From NCBI GenBank assembly GCA_963663475.2, contig CAXXJV010000001.1:352001-416000 (forward strand): a stretch of 64,000 nucleotides of DNA, read 5' to 3'. Positions within the stretch are counted from its first letter, which is position 1; each line of letters starts with the position of its first letter. Origin of the DNA: Candidatus Cloacimonadales bacterium. Lineage in GTDB: Bacteria; Cloacimonadota; Cloacimonadia; Cloacimonadales; JAFGVF01. Both the position numbers and the translations under genes were made by a program. Below are positions 59,401 to 64,000 of the stretch, in pieces. Under the pieces are notes generated by a model that saw only the letters and a list, made by a program, of their open reading frames with translations, ran no database searches and was not told the origin of the DNA.

Positions 59401-60349
59401 TAGAGAGACTGTTAAGTTCTCAGGGGAACTAGCTTCTACTAATATCCAACTAGCTAAAATCTTAGCTTTTCAATCTGATACTTTTACCAGTTTGGGGGGT
59501 CGAGATATACTCCTACCTGGAAACTATATCTTTAATGGTCAAACAAGTTTAACTAATGGTCTATACTCTTCAGCCTTTGTTGTACCTGATGATATAACTG
59601 ATGGAGAATTAGGTAAAATATTAGTTTATGGTATAGATGAATCTAGTAATCAAGAGTTTTTGGATTATTATTATCCGGTAGAATTTGCTGGTCAAAGCTC
59701 CAATATTGTAAATGATTCACCACCAGAAATATCACTTTGGTTAGAATCATACGACTTCAGAGAGGGAGATGTAGTTTCCCAAAATCCACTGCTCCTTGTT
59801 GAAATTAGTGATGAGAACGGAATTAATGTTTCTGGTGGTTCAGGACATCAACTACTCTTAATGATAGATAATGACTTCAATTCTTATGACATTACTCCAT
59901 TTTTCAAATATGATATTGATTCTTATCAGTCTGGTAAATTAGAATATCTTATCAATGACCTTAATCCAGGTAACCACATTCTTAAAATACTAGCTTTTGA
60001 TAACCTTAATCAACCATCTGTAAAAACTACAAGCTTTAAAGTTAGTGATTCATCTGAAATTTCCATCTCAAACATCCTACCTTACCCAAACCCTATGCCT
60101 AAAAGTGGAGGCGATTTTACCTTCATGCTTAGTAGTGATGCTGAGATAAATATTGATATCTATACCTTTACTGGTAAAAAAATTAATAGTCTCAAATCAT
60201 TTGCCACTAAAGGCTTTAATACAGTTAGGTGGAATGGCAGAGATAAATCAGGGGACCAACTGGCTAATAATACTTATTTCTATATCATTAAAGCTACTGC
60301 TGAAGGGAAAAGTGTAAGTAAGAGAGAAAAATTTATAATACTAGATTAA
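56468..60349 (+). CDS. porU: PorU-like peptidase C25 (gingipain fold) putative sortase with C-terminal sorting domain
   Basis: WYKIEV..DGI, NPYSDKGIYWL, SDDYF, IGRYP, YSGHG, AACDVSQFD, LFGDP and YPNP CTD. Start moved to the ATG giving the MKKLIF signal peptide. Confidence 0.75.
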   Translation: MKKLIFIMLIIANVWTLLAITKEVIDNESQLIIEVTNNDFKISDEGDFLSITAPNTSSGGQAGQANIPYYVMQLSTPENFTPQVSINVLESKTISLSKAIQPIPDVVKGKSTNRYIYQLKEDKYREKLPQIQISPNQNFRSISFTEIRFNPFQYNYDNKTLEIITKAELITWIPKSKTKGKQLDRLENDFVTGLIQPEEYHVAKVKYRDINFSDFSVANHWYKIEVDQDGIQALTYNKLQDLLPVDDIDPRNFRIFTTGGQKMYEKEADAGNPFREIPLLIEGEADGSFDNNDRIIFYARDRNDYDYLSKLSDFMAINPYSDKGIYWLTFDAVLSSLPLRMDYETDLTSPNITRSNNPQSSRYEREFYKRLQTNLYWYSNFLTGSSTTTNSFDLSVSDLDPSDNNANSRVKAVLIEEYNGSSYSSKRHEAYLSLNNLKVSDNNVWYGYTYKEIIGQANNLTNGNNSVSVTIERNRSDNLYLDYIEIQYIMKNIKHSGKQLGINFRDEDLGQTIRYSVEGSFSSNTRIFSTNDIYDVKMLNYSLQGNSLRFNGFTPFSNLNKSEYYVPKFYVTNNDYLTPNIEAVEPVDIISQSLNKESIIIYPNDFSEQALRLKAIYENIYNSPTVALNLTDIFNQFSGGMDDPTAIRNFLSHLYSLEVGKNLHYVTLLGIGTYDWKNYKAFSADKNQMIIYQQGNSSTNDAVTSDDYFAYLTQNRFPELAIGRYPAKNQNELNMMLDKFEVYSNKDFTIDWWRNTGLFVADDLKNGTATNETSHTVQLNQAIDNAPPSLINERIYAYLYEPDEFGKKPNARKDFIDAINQGALLTYYSGHGSYDQLGTEAYFRQGIDTPLLTNDLKRTFFISAACDVSQFDSPDFDCLSSDLLKYDAGGAIATYGSTRLCYIPNNNIMVGNLLYFALDNRHDIGTAIMLSKTRETSSDSNTINQSKYILFGDPHLEITPPESRNNIVFENNTNSFKARETVKFSGELASTNIQLAKILAFQSDTFTSLGGRDILLPGNYIFNGQTSLTNGLYSSAFVVPDDITDGELGKILVYGIDESSNQEFLDYYYPVEFAGQSSNIVNDSPPEISLWLESYDFREGDVVSQNPLLLVEISDENGINVSGGSGHQLLLMIDNDFNSYDITPFFKYDIDSYQSGKLEYLINDLNPGNHILKILAFDNLNQPSVKTTSFKVSDSSEISISNILPYPNPMPKSGGDFTFMLSSDAEINIDIYTFTGKKINSLKSFATKGFNTVRWNGRDKSGDQLANNTYFYIIKATAEGKSVSKREKFIILD

Positions 60350-60359
60350 TAGAGGAAAA

Positions 60360-61379
60360 ATGCTAAAACAAAATAAAAGAGTAATAGAAAAAAATCTATC
60401 TCTTAAGAAGATTAATAACCTAATCTTAGGAAACACATCACGTCTTATTTCTAATTTTACTCATAAGAGCCATATTTGGGGTTATCCGACCGCTGTAATG
60501 ATTGAACCGACCAATATATGCAATTTGAAATGCCCTCTTTGTCCATCTGGAAATGGGACTCTTAAGCGAGCTAAAGGATATATGAAATTATCACTCTTTA
60601 AAAAAGTGATAGATGAAATTAAAGATTACTCAACTATGGTTATTCTGTGGAATCAAGGAGAACCTTACCTCAATCCAGAGATTAACCAAATGATTAAGTA
60701 TGCAACTGATGCGGGACTATTCACCTTAATTTCTACAAACCTTAATGCTGATATGGATGCTGAAGCAGTAGTTAAATCAGGTATCGACAGTATGATTGTT
60801 TCTCTTGATGGAGCCACTCAGGAAACTTATAATCAATATAGGGTTAATGGAGAATTGGATAAAGTGCTAGCTAATGTAAAAGCCCTTGTGCAAGCAAAAA
60901 AGAAACTTAATTCTCCAAGTCCAATAATTAGATGGCAATTCCTTGTCATGAAACATAATGAGCATGAAATTGAACAAATAAAGCAGATGGCTAAAGAACT
61001 TGAAGTTGATCAACTCAGCTTTAAAACAATCCAAATCTATACTAAGGAAGATATTAAATTCTTACCTGATAATCCTAAGTATAGACGCTACAATATCTCA
61101 GGAAATGATTTTGAAATTAAGTTTAAAATGGAAAATAAGTGCCGAAGAATGTGGCAACAACCAGTTGTAAATTGGAATGGTGATGTTGCTATTTGCTGCT
61201 TTGATAAAGATATTGATTTCCCTGTAGGCAATGTAAGAGACCAATCATTACTATCAATCTGGCATGGGAAAGATTTTCAAAAGATGAGAAATGCAATTCT
61301 TACAAATAGGAAAGCCTTTGAAATCTGTAGAAATTGTGGAGAAGGTGTAAAGTTAAGAATTCAAGAAAAGAATAACTAA
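60360..61379 (+). CDS. Radical SAM protein with SPASM/twitch domain
   Basis: CNLKCPLC, GEP and C-terminal CRR..CCFD..C..C. Confidence 0.88.
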   Translation: MLKQNKRVIEKNLSLKKINNLILGNTSRLISNFTHKSHIWGYPTAVMIEPTNICNLKCPLCPSGNGTLKRAKGYMKLSLFKKVIDEIKDYSTMVILWNQGEPYLNPEINQMIKYATDAGLFTLISTNLNADMDAEAVVKSGIDSMIVSLDGATQETYNQYRVNGELDKVLANVKALVQAKKKLNSPSPIIRWQFLVMKHNEHEIEQIKQMAKELEVDQLSFKTIQIYTKEDIKFLPDNPKYRRYNISGNDFEIKFKMENKCRRMWQQPVVNWNGDVAICCFDKDIDFPVGNVRDQSLLSIWHGKDFQKMRNAILTNRKAFEICRNCGEGVKLRIQEKNN

Positions 61380-61384
61380 CTAAT

Positions 61385-61634
61385 CCCAGCTAGTGTAGTA
61401 GAACTTTAGTAATACTTGGCTAAAGCTACGTATCACAGGTGAAGAGTGCAGATTATTCTTCTGCAAAATTAAACCCAGATAGTGTAGTAGAGCTTTAGTG
61501 AAGAGTGCAGATTATTCTAGCAAAATAGCTTACAGAATTTTGACGCATATATTTTATATATTCGGAGAAATTATGGAAGTTACTTTTGCAGAAGAATATA
61601 GTGCTGTTCACAAAGGTCTACTGCATTATTTGGG
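61385..61634 (+). mobile_element. Family A partial copy with C insert (61385-61468) followed by a full copy (61474-61634)
   Basis: TTAAA duplication around the full copy. Insert at 61411-61440. Confidence 0.88.
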
Positions 61635-61805
61635 TTAAAACTCCTATAAGGGGTGCAGGCTACTGGCAAAGTCAAATTCTCTGAGCCCTGGAAGGACGAC
61701 ATTATTATTGCATTCTCAGATGTTAACAGAATCACCGTTCGAAGTCCCTTACCTAGCATTGAGAATGGTCAACTTTTGTTTAGCAATTGGCCTTTCCTTG
61801 CTTAT

Positions 61806-61866
61806 TCCTTTCTTTACACTCTTTCGATGAAAGTCCAGATTTCATCGAAAGAGTGTAAAGGAAGGA
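61806..61866 (+). repeat. Family E hairpin, copy 3
   Basis: CTTTACACTCTTTCGATGAAA-GTCCAGA-TTTCATCGAAAGAGTGTAAAG. Confidence 0.88.
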
Positions 61867-61968
61867 TTAGGGATGCAATAGTCTATTTTTATAAATTTAT
61901 CCCGAATAGTGCAGGAGAGCTTTAGAGAAGATTTCAATAATTTTCTGCAAAAGTAAGCTAGGTAAATT

Positions 61969-62195
61969 GGCTCAAGTTCAAGTCTGGTGGCAATAATATA
62001 GGAAAATGAGAATATTCATTACTATATTGATTCATCAAAAATCCCTGAAAGGGATAAAAAATAATTTAGCCCAGGGTAAGATGCTGACTTATGAAGGCGT
62101 AGCTTTAGCGAAGATTCAAAGTATCGCAACCCTGGATAATGATGGCAACCCAAAGATATTACTCTGTAAGGGTTTAATAAAAGGATAAATAATGT
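61969..62195 (-). mobile_element. Family B partial reversed copy with family C insert
   Basis: Right TIR GGCTCAAGTTCAAGTCTGGTGG. Insert at 62088-62118. Confidence 0.85.
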
Positions 62196-62319
62196 AAAAA
62201 AAAAGCCAACATCTTACATAGGTTTATTTTCCTAAACAAGTGTTGGCTATATATTTATTAAATCTTAAATTTATAGATTGAGCTAGTAAATACTAAGCAA
62301 ATCTAAAAATTTCAATTAA

Positions 62320-62481
62320 CCCGAATGGTGCAGTAGAACTTTGATGAAGAGTGCTAGATTCTTTTAGCAAAATAAGTTACAGAATTTGAAGGCATATAAT
62401 ATATATATTCCTGAAAATTATGTAGCTTACTTTTGCAAAAGAAGATAGTGCTATTCGCAAAGGTCTACTGCATTATTTGGG
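62320..62481 (+). mobile_element. Family A MITE, full length
   Basis: ATTAA duplication. The right-hand ATTAA contains the ackA stop codon. Confidence 0.88.
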
Positions 62482-62482
62482 A

Positions 62483-63709
62483 TTAATCTTCTTTTTCTAA
62501 ATCTAAACGACTTTTAATGATTTTTTCTGTTTCTATAGCAATCATTAACTCTTCATTAGTTTGAACTTTTAAAACTTTCACCTTACTATCTTCTGCTGAA
62601 ATATCTAAAGTTCCACCAACCCACTGATTGTTGTTCTTTTTATCAATCTTAACACCTAGATAATCCATATCTTCACAAACTAACTCACGTAAGATTGGCA
62701 TATTTTCACCAACACCACCTGTAAAGACTATTACATCTACACCATTCATTGCTGCAGCATAAGCTCCAATATATTTTTTGATTCTGTAAGCATAAACATC
62801 ATGAGCTCTAATTGCTCTATGATCATGGTCTTTAAGAATTCCATCTTCAATAGTTCTCATATCATTAGATAATTGAGACAAGCCTAACATACCAGATTTT
62901 TTATTGAGAAGATTATTAACTTCTGCAGAAGACATATCTAAATTTTCTTGTAAAAATAATGGAATAGCAGGATCTAAATCTCCACAACGTGTTCCCATTA
63001 CAAGTCCTTCAAGAGGAGTTAATCCCATTGAAGTATCTACAGAATCTCCATTCATAACTGCAGTAATAGAAGCACCATTTCCAACATGACAAGTAATTAT
63101 TTTTAAATCTGTAACAGCTTTACCTAAAAATTCAGCAGCTTTTAAAGAAACATACTTATGAGAAGTCCCATGGAATCCATATCTTCTTATTTTATGTTCA
63201 ACATAAAGTTCGTAAGGAATTGCATATAAATAAGCTTTTTCAGGCATTGTTTGGTGGAAAGCAGTATCAAAAACACCACATTGAGGTGTTCCTGGAAGAT
63301 ATTTATAAACAGCTTCAATACCTTTGATATTGGCAGGGTTATGTAAAGGAGCTAAATGAGTGCATTCTTTTAAAGCATGAACAACAGCATCATCAATATA
63401 AACTGATCCTGAGAAATATTCACCAGCATGAACAACCCTATGTCCTACAGCATCAATTTCTGCTGGAGAACTTATACAACCTTTGTTTTTATCTAATAAA
63501 AGATCTATGATATCTTTTAATCCTTGTTCATGATTAGCTATAACCATTTCTTTCTTTTTGAAAGTATGTCTTTCACTTTTATAAGTAAAAAGAGAAGTTT
63601 CATCGCCAATATTTTCAACAATACCTTCAGCTAAAAGTTGCTCATTTTCTTTGTTAATCAATTGATATTTGATTGATGAGCTACCACAATTTAATACTAA
63701 TATCTTCAT
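62483..63709 (-). CDS. ackA: Acetate kinase
   Basis: LNCGSSSIK, GHRVVH, APLHNP, FDTAFH, YGFHGTSH and TNEE motifs. Start placed after AGGAG (ORF track start is 63727). Confidence 0.97.
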   Translation of the reverse strand: MKILVLNCGSSSIKYQLINKENEQLLAEGIVENIGDETSLFTYKSERHTFKKKEMVIANHEQGLKDIIDLLLDKNKGCISSPAEIDAVGHRVVHAGEYFSGSVYIDDAVVHALKECTHLAPLHNPANIKGIEAVYKYLPGTPQCGVFDTAFHQTMPEKAYLYAIPYELYVEHKIRRYGFHGTSHKYVSLKAAEFLGKAVTDLKIITCHVGNGASITAVMNGDSVDTSMGLTPLEGLVMGTRCGDLDPAIPLFLQENLDMSSAEVNNLLNKKSGMLGLSQLSNDMRTIEDGILKDHDHRAIRAHDVYAYRIKKYIGAYAAAMNGVDVIVFTGGVGENMPILRELVCEDMDYLGVKIDKKNNNQWVGGTLDISAEDSKVKVLKVQTNEELMIAIETEKIIKSRLDLEKED

Positions 63710-63849
63710 TATGTCTCCTATTCTCAATATAATTTATAATTATGGGTTCAGGATTTAAAATATTGGGATAGTGTCAAATAAAATTTGCTGATAAAAAAGA
63801 AAAAGAGTAAGATAAATATCCTACTCTTTATAATTTATTCTTAGCTAGA

Positions 63850-64000
63850 TTACTCGAATCTCTGACTAATATTTATTGTATAAGTTCCAATATCAACTAA
63901 AGCTCGACCTTCAATAATTTTTTGTAGATTTGCAATAAAAGTCTTATCATTAATTGAACCTTGTCCTCTTATGATAGCCTTGATTATCTTATCATCTTTA
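63850..64000 (-). CDS. 3' end of an unidentified CDS entering from outside the window
   Basis: Open frame KDDKIIKAIIRGQGSINDK...NISQRFE*, followed by a terminator-like hairpin at about 63801-63829. Confidence 0.5.
   Translation of the reverse strand, partial: KDDKIIKAIIRGQGSINDKTFIANLQKIIEGRALVDIGTYTINISQRFE

Noticed and set aside
61653-62188. ORFs 61653-61925 and 62006-62188 (also 21954-22142)
   Set aside because: They are made of, or start within, repeat families A, B, D and E.

Overview
AT-rich bacterial chromosomal window from a diderm anaerobe (lpxK, lnt, FadL-type porin, desulfoferrodoxin/rubrerythrin/rubredoxin cluster, ackA). Five secreted proteins with a YPNP...GIY/TYF...K C-terminal sorting domain, including a PorU-like C25 peptidase, suggest an FCB-related lineage such as Cloacimonadota (inference). 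Most genes are housekeeping or transport: phnC/D-like, tldD/E, pepD, ECF-BioY, purS/Q, hisS, dprA, obgE, recJ, priA. There is also an AbiEi/AbiEii type IV toxin-antitoxin pair, and an orphan GlmL-like ATPase operon with no B12 mutase genes in the window. The most unusual signal is intergenic: a set of nested non-autonomous elements, with no transposase in the window. Family A is a 161-bp hairpin MITE with 5-bp WTWAW target duplications; all 14 orientable copies lie on the same strand and pair by G.T wobble on that strand. Family B is a ~470-bp GGCTC-ended MITE with an 8-bp TSD. Family C is a 30-31-bp micro-insert found inside both A and B. Families D and F are REPIN-like. Family E is a long hairpin with an invariant loop and a compensatory base change. 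Two secreted-protein genes sit as cassette-like islets around tldDE. One of these is bounded by a 306-bp duplication of the tldE 3' end whose differences are almost all synonymous. No rRNA, tRNA or CRISPR array was recognised.
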